Numbered from the stretch's first letter, positions 21,298 through 31,430 are shown. The stretch: DNA of 64,000 nt from Armatimonadota bacterium (GCA_031400935.1 JANNQV010000018.1:1-64000); one strand, 5' to 3'. The notes: generated from the letters alone by a model not told the origin. A program made the numbers and translations.

Positions 21298-22473
21298 TCA
21301 CGCCGCCGACCGAAAATGCGGAGGCAAATACGCAGGAACTATCATCGAAGCGTTCTTAGGGGCAAGAACTACTGCCCGCTCCATAGTGTTCTCCAATTCC
21401 CTTACATTCCCCGGCCAAGAATAGCCCTGAAGCAATGAGAGCGTTCCCGTATCTAGCGCTAAAGGCTCACGACCATTTTCAGCGCAAAAAATCGATGCAA
21501 AATGAGCGCAAAGCGGTGCGATGTCTTCAACCCGTTTCCTGAGAGGCGGAATGCAAATTTCAACAACCTGCAGCCGGTACATCAGGTCAAGGCGGAATGT
21601 GCCTTCCTCTACTGCTTGCTGCAGTATGCGATTGGTAGCCGTAATGAGCCGAACATCAACTTTGGTCGGTTTGCTCGAACCAAGCCTCTCCACTTCACGC
21701 TCTTGAAGCACTCGAAGCAGCTTTACTTGGACAGTGAGAGGGACTTCGCCAATCTCGTCTAGAAATAGAGTTCCTCCATGGGCATTTTCAAATCGTCCCG
21801 GCTTCGCCCCCACCGCACCTGTGAATGCTCCTTTTTCGTACCCAAAAAGTTCACTTTCCAAAAGTGTTTCTGGCAGGGCCGCGCATGAAACGGCTACAAA
21901 CGCATCGTTCGCTCTCGAGCTCCATTTATGGAGTGCTTTCGCGACGATTTCCTTTCCAACACCGCTTTCGCCAGTAATGAGTACTGTTGCCTTTGAATCT
22001 GAAACCTGCCTAACCAGTTCAACTAACTCTTTCATGGCTGGAGATTCCGCAATGAAAGAAAAATCGCTTTCCGTGCTTCGTTTTCCTTTGCCAGGTTTTG
22101 GACCACTATCAGAAACAGCTGACGCCACAACTTTTTTGAGTGTTGCAAGATCAACAGGCTTTGTCAGGTATTCAAAGGCTCCATTTCGCATCGAGCTAAC
22201 CGCTTGGGGAATGGTTCCAAATGCGGTCAGAATGATAACAGGAAGACCCGGCCAACCGTTCACAACTTTAGAAAGGAGTTCATATCCAGTTTGACCCGGC
22301 ATGGTTACATCGGTAATGATGCAGTCGAAGGCTTTTTGATCGAGTAGTGAGAGTGCCGCCGAAACGTTTTCGGCCGTATCAACAACATATTTGTCCTTTT
22401 CAAACGCAACCTGAAGCACTCTTCTAATGTGCGCTTCATCATCTACGACTAATAGCCTTTTCGATTCCTTCAT
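21298..22473 (-). CDS. NtrC-family response regulator (receiver + sigma54 AAA+), lacking the C-terminal HTH
   Basis: VVDDE, DVTMP, GESGVGKE, ESELFGYEKGAFTGA, LFLDEIG and WPGNVRELEN motifs; the protein ends about 30 aa later. Confidence 0.92.
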   Translation of the reverse strand: MKESKRLLVVDDEAHIRRVLQVAFEKDKYVVDTAENVSAALSLLDQKAFDCIITDVTMPGQTGYELLSKVVNGWPGLPVIILTAFGTIPQAVSSMRNGAFEYLTKPVDLATLKKVVASAVSDSGPKPGKGKRSTESDFSFIAESPAMKELVELVRQVSDSKATVLITGESGVGKEIVAKALHKWSSRANDAFVAVSCAALPETLLESELFGYEKGAFTGAVGAKPGRFENAHGGTLFLDEIGEVPLTVQVKLLRVLQEREVERLGSSKPTKVDVRLITATNRILQQAVEEGTFRLDLMYRLQVVEICIPPLRKRVEDIAPLCAHFASIFCAENGREPLALDTGTLSLLQGYSWPGNVRELENTMERAVVLAPKNASMIVPAYLPPHFRSAA

Positions 22474-24029
22474 GCAGCTTTTTCACCCCAATTCACAACA
22501 AACTCTGTGCCTTCCTCGACCTTTGATTTCACTGAAATCGCAACTCCATGAGCATCCACAATTTTTCGAACGGTTGATAGTCCCAGGCCAGTTCCATCGG
22601 GTTTGGTGGTAAAGAAAGGCGTAAAGAGTTTGTCCAATACAATTTGTTCCATACCAATGCCGTTGTCTCGAACCAAAAACTCACCGTTTTTGCATTCAAT
22701 TCTTACAATTTCACCAGCCTTGCAAGCTTGTAAGGCATTGAGCAGTAAGTTTCTCGCTACTTGGATGAACCGATTTCGGTCCGCGGTGATGAGTTGAACA
22801 GGAGAGTCTAGGCTTACGACGAGTTCAACTCCTGCATCGGAAAACTCCTTCAAATGTTGTTCGGCAAGCCGCAATACGATTTGACAAAGATCGAACTCGG
22901 AAATCTGCAGTTCCAACGGCCTCGCAAAATCCAAAAATCCGTTGCAAAGTTCTGCCAATTTAGTAACTTCATCTTCAATAATTTTTCCGAATTCGGCGGC
23001 ATGTTCTGGGGCAGTTTGGATAACTTGCGCCGCGCCTTGCATAGCCCACAATGGATTACGAATCTCATGGGCGATTGTGGCGGTCATTTGGCCAATTTCA
23101 GCTAACCTCCTGACTCGGGCAATTTCTCGCATGACGTGTTCATGTTCGGTGGAATCTTGAATTGCAATGGTTGACCCGCCGCCGGGAAGTGGGGATCCAA
23201 TCAGGGAAAATGCTTGGCCGCTAAGCTCATCTCTCGCAATTGCCGTGCTCTTAGTTCCGCTCAAACTGCCGGATGCGACCTGTCGTAGGCTCGATTGGAG
23301 GAAATCTGGAGCTAGTCTGGCAAGTTCGCTAAACGGATGACCGATGCAGTGAACTCCGTCCACCAAGGCAACAGCTTCAGGATTGGCGTGAGTTACGGTT
23401 CCGTGAGATTCCACGACAACAATCGCCACTGCAAGGGAAGACAAAATTGTGTCGAGCTTGGCATGAAGTTGCGTTGCTTGGGCTACAGACTGTCGCAACT
23501 TGCTCAACAGCCTTCCATTCGCAACAGCGAGAGCAATATGACCGGCAATTGATCGGGCATAACGCAAATCTTCATCGGCAAACGTAGTCTCATCCATGGA
23601 ACGCGACAAGTTGAGAACGCCGATGCACTCGCTATCTGGAGTCAAAAGCGGAACAACCATCGAGGAACCCAAACGCTGATTTCTGCGCTTCACCGATTTG
23701 GCCAAAGCGGGATGGGTCATCGGATTTTCCAGCAAAATCGGTTCTCGATTTACAATGCAGGTGCCTGCGATTCCGATTCCTGCTTCAATTTTCGCATCGT
23801 CAGGAACCGAACTTTCATGGCCGGCCTTTGCGGCGAGCACGTACCGGTTCGTGCCTTCTTCTAGCAAGAAAATTGAAGCGCCGGAGGCCTTGAACCACTC
23901 TGCGCATCGGTCAAGAACGACGGTTAGGTAAGCATCAAGCGTAGTTTGGTTAGCGCGAGAAGTATCAAAAAGCGTCCAGACATCGTCTACGTAACGGTTC
24001 AATATCTTCGTTGTATTTTGGCGCGGCAC
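22470..24029 (-). CDS. GAF/PAS sensor histidine kinase
   Basis: N-terminal GAF domain; AHEIRNPL, NLLLNA, DNGIG and FTTKPDGTGLGL motifs; 4-bp overlap with the regulator. Confidence 0.92.
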   Translation of the reverse strand: MPRQNTTKILNRYVDDVWTLFDTSRANQTTLDAYLTVVLDRCAEWFKASGASIFLLEEGTNRYVLAAKAGHESSVPDDAKIEAGIGIAGTCIVNREPILLENPMTHPALAKSVKRRNQRLGSSMVVPLLTPDSECIGVLNLSRSMDETTFADEDLRYARSIAGHIALAVANGRLLSKLRQSVAQATQLHAKLDTILSSLAVAIVVVESHGTVTHANPEAVALVDGVHCIGHPFSELARLAPDFLQSSLRQVASGSLSGTKSTAIARDELSGQAFSLIGSPLPGGGSTIAIQDSTEHEHVMREIARVRRLAEIGQMTATIAHEIRNPLWAMQGAAQVIQTAPEHAAEFGKIIEDEVTKLAELCNGFLDFARPLELQISEFDLCQIVLRLAEQHLKEFSDAGVELVVSLDSPVQLITADRNRFIQVARNLLLNALQACKAGEIVRIECKNGEFLVRDNGIGMEQIVLDKLFTPFFTTKPDGTGLGLSTVRKIVDAHGVAISVKSKVEEGTEFVVNWGEKAA

Positions 24030-24056
24030 AGATTCATTTTCGGTTCGATAGCCACA

Positions 24057-24188
24057 AGGTTTTAGGGTTCTGAGGTTTTATGGTCTTGAGGGATTCAGGT
24101 AAATGAATTGCACATTGGCACCTTAACACCTTAGCAACTTAAAACCCTATCAGTTCTAGACCGCCAACCGCTAACTGCTAACTGCCAA
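24057..24188. repeat. Inverted 8-mer arrays followed by a 7-mer array
   Basis: AGGTTTTA GGGTTCTG AGGTTTTA (from 24057) versus CCTTAACA CCTTAGCA ACTTAAAA (24121-24149); then CCGCCAA CCGCTAA CTGCTAA CTGCCAA (24161-24188). Confidence 0.75.
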
Positions 24189-24387
24189 CCAATCCAAAAA
24201 CTTCCAGCCCATTTACCAGCACCACCCCGTCACTACCGTGGAACAAACCGTTCGGCGAAGGCACCTGGCTAAGAACGAGATTGAAATGCCTCATGCCAAA
24301 AGCACTACGATTGTGGCAAACTGCCCGAGGCGTTACCATGGGGCTCGGGATTTGCCCGGTCGGTCGCAAAACTATAGAGGGCAAAGC

Positions 24388-25869
24388 TTGAAGGTTTTAT
24401 TCGTGTCCGTCGAAGTGTCTCCATACGCCAAAGTTGGCGGACTTGCCGATGTTGCAGGCTCCCTTCCCACGGCGCTGGCCAAGCTTGGCCACGACGTTCG
24501 CACTGTCATGCCGCTCTACAAAATTGTAGAAACCAACCCCGATTTGAAGCTTAAAACCGTGCTTTCGGATGTCAAAGTGAGCATCAATCCTTGGTGGCAC
24601 AAAAGGGCAACGGTCAAAGAAAAGCAACCGAACGGAGTCAAAACCTATTTCATCGGAACAGACGAATGGTTCAACGAAGTTGACAAGAGCGAAAAAATCT
24701 ATGCGCCCGGAGTAGATGCCTACCTCTTCTTTGCCCAGGCCGTCCTTCGTATGTGCGAAGAATTGAACTGGATTCCTGATGTGATTCATTGCAACGATTG
24801 GCATTCCGGCATGATTCCCGTGCTTTTGCGAGAGCAAGCTGGCGAAAGATTCTCAGAAACTGGGACGCTTTTCACCATTCACAACTTGGCCTATCAGGGC
24901 GAATTCGGCATTGATACGCTCGATAAATTAGGCCTTTCTCGCCAGTTGTTCGATCATCATAGGTTAGAAACATACGGTTTGGTAAATTTTATAAAGTCGG
25001 GTTGCGCTTATGCCGATGCGGTGAATACCGTCAGCGAGAGCTATTCTAAGGAGATTCAAACTCCGGAATACGGTTGTCGCCTCGATGGAATGATGCGGCA
25101 TCTTACAGATCATGGAAGACTTCATGGCATCCTGAATGGGATTGACCAAGATGAATGGAATCCTGCTACTGACCAGAGAATTGCGGGCAATTTTGATGCT
25201 GATCATCCTCAAATGAAGTCGAAGTGCCGTGACGCACTTTTCAAAGCCTTGAATTGGGAGCCGATTGAAGGTGCGCCCGTTGCCGGAATAGTGAGTCGGC
25301 TCAGCGAACAAAAGGGGATGGATCTCATTCTTCGCGCAGCGAAACGACTATTCGAGCTTCCCGTACAAATTGTTGTTCAAGGGCTCGGCGATCCTTGGCT
25401 TGCTGGCGAGTTCCGCAAACTAGAAAAGAAGTACCCAAAGTACTTTCGATTTGCACAGAAATTCGATGTTCAACTTGCACAAAACGTATATTCTGGCTGC
25501 GACATATTCCTCATGCCAAGTGCGTTTGAACCTTGCGGCCTGGGGCAATTGATCGCCATGCGTTACGGCACGATTCCAGTAGTTCGTGCAACGGGTGGGC
25601 TTGCGGATACTGTATTTGAATGCACGCCAACCGCTAACCGCCAACCGCAAACTCCGAACGGTTTTGTCTTCCAAAACCGCGACCACTGCGAATTCGCCGA
25701 CTGCGTCGAGCGAGCTGCTAAGGCGTTTTCAACCAAGGCTCAATGGGCGCAGATTGTAGACAATGCGATGCGCAGCGACCATTCTTGGACCGTCAGCGCC
25801 GCCAAGTACGAACAGCTTTATTTGAAGTGCGTCATGGCGAGACGGTCGAGCGAAGCTAAAGCGAGCTAG
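24388..25869 (+). CDS. glgA: Glycogen synthase
   Basis: KVGGLADV, HCNDWH, TIHNLAYQG and FEPCGLGQ motifs; TTG start at 24388. Confidence 0.95.
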   Translation: MKVLFVSVEVSPYAKVGGLADVAGSLPTALAKLGHDVRTVMPLYKIVETNPDLKLKTVLSDVKVSINPWWHKRATVKEKQPNGVKTYFIGTDEWFNEVDKSEKIYAPGVDAYLFFAQAVLRMCEELNWIPDVIHCNDWHSGMIPVLLREQAGERFSETGTLFTIHNLAYQGEFGIDTLDKLGLSRQLFDHHRLETYGLVNFIKSGCAYADAVNTVSESYSKEIQTPEYGCRLDGMMRHLTDHGRLHGILNGIDQDEWNPATDQRIAGNFDADHPQMKSKCRDALFKALNWEPIEGAPVAGIVSRLSEQKGMDLILRAAKRLFELPVQIVVQGLGDPWLAGEFRKLEKKYPKYFRFAQKFDVQLAQNVYSGCDIFLMPSAFEPCGLGQLIAMRYGTIPVVRATGGLADTVFECTPTANRQPQTPNGFVFQNRDHCEFADCVERAAKAFSTKAQWAQIVDNAMRSDHSWTVSAAKYEQLYLKCVMARRSSEAKAS

Positions 25870-25909
25870 CAAGACGGTTCAAAAGTTCTTGACCAGCAAA
25901 AACCGACCA

Positions 25910-28603
25910 CTATTTATCCAGCGTAACCTTTACCCTCTCCCGAATCGCCGCCTGCGCCGCAGAAAGCCTTGCAATTGGAACTCGAAACGGGGAGCAGCTA
26001 ACATAGTCCAGCCCTAACTCATGACAGAAGTAAATGGATTCTGGATCTCCGCCGTGCTCGCCACAAATTCCGCATTTCAGCCCTTCTCTAGCGGCTCGCC
26101 CTTCGGTGACAGCCATTCTCATCAATCGGCCTACACCCGTGAAGTCAATCGTTTCAAACGGGTTGATCGAAAGGATTTTTTGTTCCACGTAACGCTGAAG
26201 GAACTTGCCTTCGGCATCGTCTCTGCTAAAACCAAAAGTGGTTTGAGTAAGATCATTAGTCCCAAAGCTAAAGAACTGCGCGTATTCGGCGATTTCGCCT
26301 GCAGTCAGCGCAGCGCGTGGCAACTCAATCATGGTTCCAAACATGTACGGAATCTCGGCGCCTTGCTCTTGAACAATTTTCTTCGCTTCGCTTTCAAGCT
26401 GATTTTGAACAATTCGAAGCTCATTTACAGTTGAAACCAGCGGAATCATGATTTCGGGATAAACACGTTTTCCTTGTTTGATCAACTTTGCTGCTGCTTG
26501 AAGTATCGCTCTAGTCTGCATGATGACTAGGCCAGGCATAATGATAGAAAGGCGAACTCCACGCAAACCAAGCATCGGATTTGATTCCTTCATCGCCTCG
26601 ACAGCATGCATCAATTTGACCTTTTCTTCTAGTACATCCGCGAGTTCATCATGGCCATGCACTATCCTTGTCTTTAGTTCGGTCGTTTCGCGAAGAAGAG
26701 TTTCGTAATTTGGAAGGAACTCGTGAAGAGGAGGATCAATTAGCCGAATCGTCACTGGCTTTCCTTCCATCGCCTCGAAAATCCCTTCAAAATCTGCTTG
26801 TTGCACGATTTGAAGTTTATCGAGGCAGGTTTTGCGCACTTCTTCGTCTTTTGTCAGAATCATCTGCTGCACGATGGGAAGCCTTTCGGCTTCAAAAAAC
26901 ATGTGCTCTGTTCGGCAAAGTCCGATCCCTTCAGCCCCAAATTCAATGGCTTGAATCGCATCCCGGGGGTTATCGGCGTTTGCCCTTACTTTCATCGTTC
27001 GGTACTGATCTGCCCATGACATTAAGGTTGCGAAATAGCCGCTAACTTCTGCATCAATTAAGGGAAGGGCACCCAGATAAACCGCTCCGGTGCTACCATC
27101 GAGCGTAACCCAGTCGCCACGATTGACCACGTTTGCGCCTACGGTCATTCGCTCATCTTCGGTGTTCACAGTAATCGAGTCGGCACCAGCAACGCATGGA
27201 ATTCCGAACCCTCTTGCAACGACCGCCGCATGGCTGGTCTTGCCGCCCCGTGCGGTCAGAACGCCTTGCGCCGCGAGCATTCCGTGCACGTCATCGGGAT
27301 TCGTTTCGTCCCGGATCAATACAACTCGCTTTCCTGCGCCGCCATGAACCCCCATTTCGGCAGCCGTGTCGGCATCAAAGACAGCTTTGCCAACCGCAGC
27401 GCCAGGCGATGCCGCAAGTCCAATAGCTATGGGTTTTGAGCTTGCAATAGCCTCGGGGTCAATTCGAGGATGCAAAAGCTGATCGAGGTGGGAAGCTGAA
27501 ATTCGTAGAAGAGCCTCTTCCTTCGTAATCAAACCTTCTTCCACCATTTCTACAGCAAGACGAACAGCTGCTGGGCCAGTGCGCTTTCCAGATCGGCATT
27601 GAAGCATATATAGCTTGCCATGCTCAATCGTGAATTCAAGGTCTTGCATGTCTTTGTAATGCTTTTCGAGCAAATTGCAAAGGCGAATGAACTCGTTAAA
27701 TACTTCAGGATTCTGCTTTTCAAGTTCGCTGATTGGGACTGGAGTTCGGACTCCAGCAACTACGTCTTCGCCTTGGGCGTTCATCAAGTATTCGCCATAC
27801 GTGTGTCGCTCGCCAGTGCTTGGATCGCGAGTAAATGCAACGCCGGTACCGCAATCGTCGCCGGCGTTTCCATAAACCATAGACTGAACGGTAACTGCAG
27901 TGCCGATTTCTTCTGGAATTTTCTCAGTTCGGCGGTAGACAATGGCGCGGTCGTTATGCCAACTCTTGAATACGGCTTCGATGCTGAGCGCAAGCTGCTC
28001 CCAAACATCAGTTGGAAATTCTCGACCCGCATGATCCGAAACGTATTGAAGGAAGAGAGCGCATATCTCTTTAAGGTTCTCTGCTGAAAGGTCTAGGTCT
28101 TCTTTCGCGCCAACCCGGTTCTTAAATGCCTGAAAAATCTCTTGATCAAAATGGTGCTTACTGAGCCCAAAAGCCACGTCGGAAAACATCATGATGAATC
28201 TGCGATAGCTGTCATAAACAAAGCGGGCATCGCCCGTTTCTTGGATCAAAGCTTCGACGGTCATTGGGTTCAAACCTAGGTTGAGAACAGTGTCCATCAT
28301 GCCTGGCATGGAGAACTTCGCGCCAGATCGAACAGATACCAATAGCGGTTTTTCCGCCCCACCAAACGTTCGTCCCATTTGGTTTTCAAGGTCTGCAATT
28401 GCGGCTCTTGTTTCAGAAATTAGACCGTCAGGCAACTTTGCGCCTTGAGCGTAGTATTCATTGCAGGTTGCTGTGGTAATGGTGAAACCAGGGGGAACAG
28501 GGAGCCCGATATTGGTCATTTCGCAGAGGTTTGCACCCTTGCCTCCGAGAAGATCGCGCATGGAAGCATTGCCATCGCGAAACAGAAAGACACGTTGAGT
28601 CAT
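25910..28603 (-). CDS. ppdK: Pyruvate, phosphate dikinase
   Basis: LLGGKGANL, SMPGMMDT, TSHAAVVAR, GLCRTEHMF, SFGTNDL and GICGEHGG motifs. Confidence 0.97.
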   Translation of the reverse strand: MTQRVFLFRDGNASMRDLLGGKGANLCEMTNIGLPVPPGFTITTATCNEYYAQGAKLPDGLISETRAAIADLENQMGRTFGGAEKPLLVSVRSGAKFSMPGMMDTVLNLGLNPMTVEALIQETGDARFVYDSYRRFIMMFSDVAFGLSKHHFDQEIFQAFKNRVGAKEDLDLSAENLKEICALFLQYVSDHAGREFPTDVWEQLALSIEAVFKSWHNDRAIVYRRTEKIPEEIGTAVTVQSMVYGNAGDDCGTGVAFTRDPSTGERHTYGEYLMNAQGEDVVAGVRTPVPISELEKQNPEVFNEFIRLCNLLEKHYKDMQDLEFTIEHGKLYMLQCRSGKRTGPAAVRLAVEMVEEGLITKEEALLRISASHLDQLLHPRIDPEAIASSKPIAIGLAASPGAAVGKAVFDADTAAEMGVHGGAGKRVVLIRDETNPDDVHGMLAAQGVLTARGGKTSHAAVVARGFGIPCVAGADSITVNTEDERMTVGANVVNRGDWVTLDGSTGAVYLGALPLIDAEVSGYFATLMSWADQYRTMKVRANADNPRDAIQAIEFGAEGIGLCRTEHMFFEAERLPIVQQMILTKDEEVRKTCLDKLQIVQQADFEGIFEAMEGKPVTIRLIDPPLHEFLPNYETLLRETTELKTRIVHGHDELADVLEEKVKLMHAVEAMKESNPMLGLRGVRLSIIMPGLVIMQTRAILQAAAKLIKQGKRVYPEIMIPLVSTVNELRIVQNQLESEAKKIVQEQGAEIPYMFGTMIELPRAALTAGEIAEYAQFFSFGTNDLTQTTFGFSRDDAEGKFLQRYVEQKILSINPFETIDFTGVGRLMRMAVTEGRAAREGLKCGICGEHGGDPESIYFCHELGLDYVSCSPFRVPIARLSAAQAAIRERVKVTLDK

Positions 28604-28734
28604 AGAGTTTCAATTCGTCCGGCGAGTTGAAATTGTTGATGCGGCGGCAGTGGCGCAAGAAATCTCGTCGGGAGGTTCCAGTTTACCGCAGAGCGCGAAT
28701 TGCAGGCGAGTTGTCGGTTGCCCGATCAAATTCG

Positions 28735-28757
28735 GACCGAGCCGTGCAAGCCCGGTC
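28735..28757 (-). terminator. Hairpin just downstream of the tRNA 3' end (probable native tRNA terminator)
   Basis: Minus strand GACCGGGC-TTGCACG-GCTCGGTC: an 8-bp stem 17 nt past the CCA, with a weak U-tract. Confidence 0.45.
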
Positions 28758-28774
28758 AAACCCCAACAAAATTC

Positions 28775-28822
28775 TGGTGGGCGATGAGGGGCTCGAACCC
28801 CCGACATCCTCGGTGTAAACGA
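28775..28822 (-). pseudogene. 3' half of tRNA-Val(TAC); att-type fragment
   Basis: Minus strand TCG-TTTACAC-CGAGG-ATGTC-GGGGG-TTCGAGC-CCCTC-ATCGCCC-ACCA. The anticodon loop, T-arm, acceptor 3' strand and CCA are present. There is no D-arm or GGGCGAT 5' strand upstream. Confidence 0.85.
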
Positions 28823-29140
28823 AATGGCATGGCACTGGGTTAGGGTTCGAAATGGTGGTTCTGAACCTGAAACGATTGCGGATTCGCCCGCAAGATGTTC
28901 TGGTGTGCGCTGATGTCTGCCTAAAGTTTATGCAAAGACTAACTCAGGAGGATTAATAGAGAAAGCAAGCGTCGAGTTCGAGAAGTGGCACTCGTCCTTG
29001 GGTCATTATGAACCCGAATTGGCACCATTGAGGTCGAATCAGTCTCCGATCAAAGCACTTTGATACGATCGTCACTTTCTGCAAATATACGCAGATGCCG
29101 ACACTTTTTGCGACTTGCACTTCTTAAACTTCTCGCAATT

Positions 29141-29154
29141 ATGATCCGTGTCAT
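29141..29154. promoter_or_regulatory. Crp/Fnr-type operator, one mismatch (ATGAT-ccgt-GTCAT)
   Basis: Intergenic; a -10-like TAATCT starts 24 nt after the motif end; upstream of the porin gene. Confidence 0.65.
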
Positions 29155-29200
29155 AGGCGAATCGCGCCCGACCTTCCTAATCTATTTTAGGAAAGTGATC

Positions 29201-30358
29201 ATGTTCATAGTGCCAATTCAATTTCACCAATTTGACTTTACGCCATATCTCGATGTTCGATTTCGTGCAGAAAGACGGCTCAATCGCGATTTCTTTTCGC
29301 CAACTAACGACGATCGGACCGACATCTTCTCGCGATTTCGACCAGGCGTGCAGTGGAAATCCGGCAAAAACTGGTCAGGCGACCTGCAATACCAGTTCGC
29401 TGACGACAAGATTTACAAAACGGCTTCGACGACAAGCGACGAGTTCAGCGATCTCAATCTGGCGTTTGCCAAATACAAAGACAAGAAGATCGAGGTGACC
29501 TTTGGCCGACAAAAGATCAATATTGGCTCGGAGCGATTGATCGGGACCCTAGAGTGGGCGACAACCGCTCGATCCTTTGATGGAGTTCGTATCAAATCAG
29601 GACTGTGGGACGCGTATGCGTTCAAGGTTGGAGTTGCGCGACCAATGCCCGGGCGCACGCGAATTGTTGGTGCCTCTTTTTCAGGAAAAGCGGGCCAATC
29701 TTCGCTCATTTTTAAGAATGATGATCGCTCTTCTATTGAAATTTGGACGCTTTCCCATTTTTGGCAGAAGCAATGCGGAAAGTGGAGCTTCGATGCTGAG
29801 GGAGCAGTTCAAACAGGTAACGTGGCAGGGCGCGACCTCGAAGCTTGGGCTGACCATTATTCTGCAACTTACAGTTTTTCGAAAGCAACCCGCGGCTATA
29901 TTGAACTCAATGCAGCCAGCGGCGGCGGAAATTCAACTACCTCGCGCACTTTCGACAACCTTCTTCCAACGAATCACAAGTTTTATGGCTCGATGGACAT
30001 GCAATCTTGGCGCAACATGGAAGAAATCGCCTTAGGATTCGAGCATCAATTCAATCCAAAGTGGACTGCAAAGACGAGCATCCGCAGTTTTGCACTTCGG
30101 GATGCAAGGGATGCTTGGTACGGCGCAGGCGGGGCTCCAAACGTCGGCGGAGCAGGCACTTTTGTAGACCCTACCGGTGCATCTGGCCGTGATATCGGAC
30201 GGGAATTCAACCTCGAATTCGGCTGCAAGCAAAGTTCAACAATGAACATTTCGGCGGGGTTCGGAGCCTTCTTACCAGGTGATTTCATCAAGATTCGGAA
30301 TGGCGGTCAAGCGGACACGCAGTATTGGGGATACGTTATGGCTCAAGTGAGGTTTTGA
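29201..30358 (+). CDS. Alginate-export-family outer-membrane beta-barrel porin
   Basis: FGRQKINIGSERLIG, RSFDG and FDNLLPTNHKFYGSMD motifs; C-terminal Phe. The start is uncertain and no clear signal peptide is visible. Confidence 0.8.
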   Translation: MFIVPIQFHQFDFTPYLDVRFRAERRLNRDFFSPTNDDRTDIFSRFRPGVQWKSGKNWSGDLQYQFADDKIYKTASTTSDEFSDLNLAFAKYKDKKIEVTFGRQKINIGSERLIGTLEWATTARSFDGVRIKSGLWDAYAFKVGVARPMPGRTRIVGASFSGKAGQSSLIFKNDDRSSIEIWTLSHFWQKQCGKWSFDAEGAVQTGNVAGRDLEAWADHYSATYSFSKATRGYIELNAASGGGNSTTSRTFDNLLPTNHKFYGSMDMQSWRNMEEIALGFEHQFNPKWTAKTSIRSFALRDARDAWYGAGGAPNVGGAGTFVDPTGASGRDIGREFNLEFGCKQSSTMNISAGFGAFLPGDFIKIRNGGQADTQYWGYVMAQVRF

Positions 30359-30362
30359 GAAG

Positions 30363-31397
30363 ATGGTTGACTCTGAAATGAAATTGCCCGTCTCCGACAA
30401 TCCGGCCATCGAAATGGTTCACATAACAGAAGCCGAGTCGGAGCTAAGAGCGAAATTTGAGCAGGCTCTAGCTCCAGAACTGCTCTCAACGAATTCAGGC
30501 ACCATAGATATCCATAAAATTCCCAGCAAACAGAGGGTCCACACCCTTTGTATCACGGTTCGATCGAAAGTTGGGAAAGCAGAAATGGATGCCTTGCCTA
30601 ATCTCAAGTTAGTTGCGACAGGTTCCGTTGGAATAGACCATGTTGATTTTGCGGAAACGCGACGCAGAGGTATTACTGTCTGCAATGTGCCTGAGTACGG
30701 CTCTGCGGTTGCCGAATTCAATATCGCTCTGATGCTTATGCTGTCCCGCAGATTGCATTTGGCTTATTTGCAAACTTCCCAGCGTGACTTTTCTTTGAAC
30801 GGCCTGCTCGGGCGAAATCTCGAAGGTAGAGTTCTCGGAGTTGTTGGCACAGGAAATATCGGCATGAACGTTGCCAGATTGGCAAATGCACTTGGCATGA
30901 CGGTAATTGCAGTAGATCCGAACCCGCGACCGCATGATTTTCTGCACTTTGTAAAAATGCCGGAACTACTGGCGGCATCAGATATCATCGCGATTTGCTG
31001 CCCGCTGACCAAAGAGACAACCCATCTTATCGGCCCTGAAGAGTTTGAAAAAATGAAGCGAGGAGTTATCATCGTAAATACTTCGCGCGGAGCAGTGCTT
31101 GATACGCACGCTTTGGTTTGGGCGCTCGATGAAGGCATTGTCGAAGGTGCCGCGCTTGATGTTTTGGAGGGCGAAGTTCTTCTTCCGCCGAAGGCTCTGA
31201 TGTCAACTTTGGCTGGCGAACCGACATTTGATCAGGCTCAAACCATCGCCGAGGACCTCACGCTGATGCGTCATCCAAAGGTCATCGTAACCCCTCACAT
31301 GGCGTATTACACCCAGGATTCGCTGGACCGAATTCGGCAGGTCACCGTTGAAAATGTTAAGTCATTTCTTGCTGGAGACCCGCAAAACGTTTGTTGA
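30363..31397 (+). CDS. D-isomer-specific 2-hydroxyacid dehydrogenase (D-lactate dehydrogenase-like)
   Basis: GVVGTGNIG, NTSRGAV, ALDVLEGE and TPHMAY motifs. Confidence 0.88.
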   Translation: MVDSEMKLPVSDNPAIEMVHITEAESELRAKFEQALAPELLSTNSGTIDIHKIPSKQRVHTLCITVRSKVGKAEMDALPNLKLVATGSVGIDHVDFAETRRRGITVCNVPEYGSAVAEFNIALMLMLSRRLHLAYLQTSQRDFSLNGLLGRNLEGRVLGVVGTGNIGMNVARLANALGMTVIAVDPNPRPHDFLHFVKMPELLAASDIIAICCPLTKETTHLIGPEEFEKMKRGVIIVNTSRGAVLDTHALVWALDEGIVEGAALDVLEGEVLLPPKALMSTLAGEPTFDQAQTIAEDLTLMRHPKVIVTPHMAYYTQDSLDRIRQVTVENVKSFLAGDPQNVC

Positions 31398-31430
31398 TTC
31401 AACTAAAAAGCTGGATTTCTTGGGCCCAGC

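Noticed and set aside
28775..28900. Functional, intron-containing or split tRNA-Val
   Set aside because: No D-arm or GGGCGAT acceptor strand lies upstream, and I saw no 5' half elsewhere by eye. The break precedes the anticodon loop rather than falling at a usual intron position.
28826..29040. Sigma54 promoters at TGGCAC hexamers
   Set aside because: None has TTGC at the required spacing.
28823..29140. Integrase or transposase next to the tRNA fragment
   Set aside because: No ORF with recombinase motifs is present here or elsewhere in the window.
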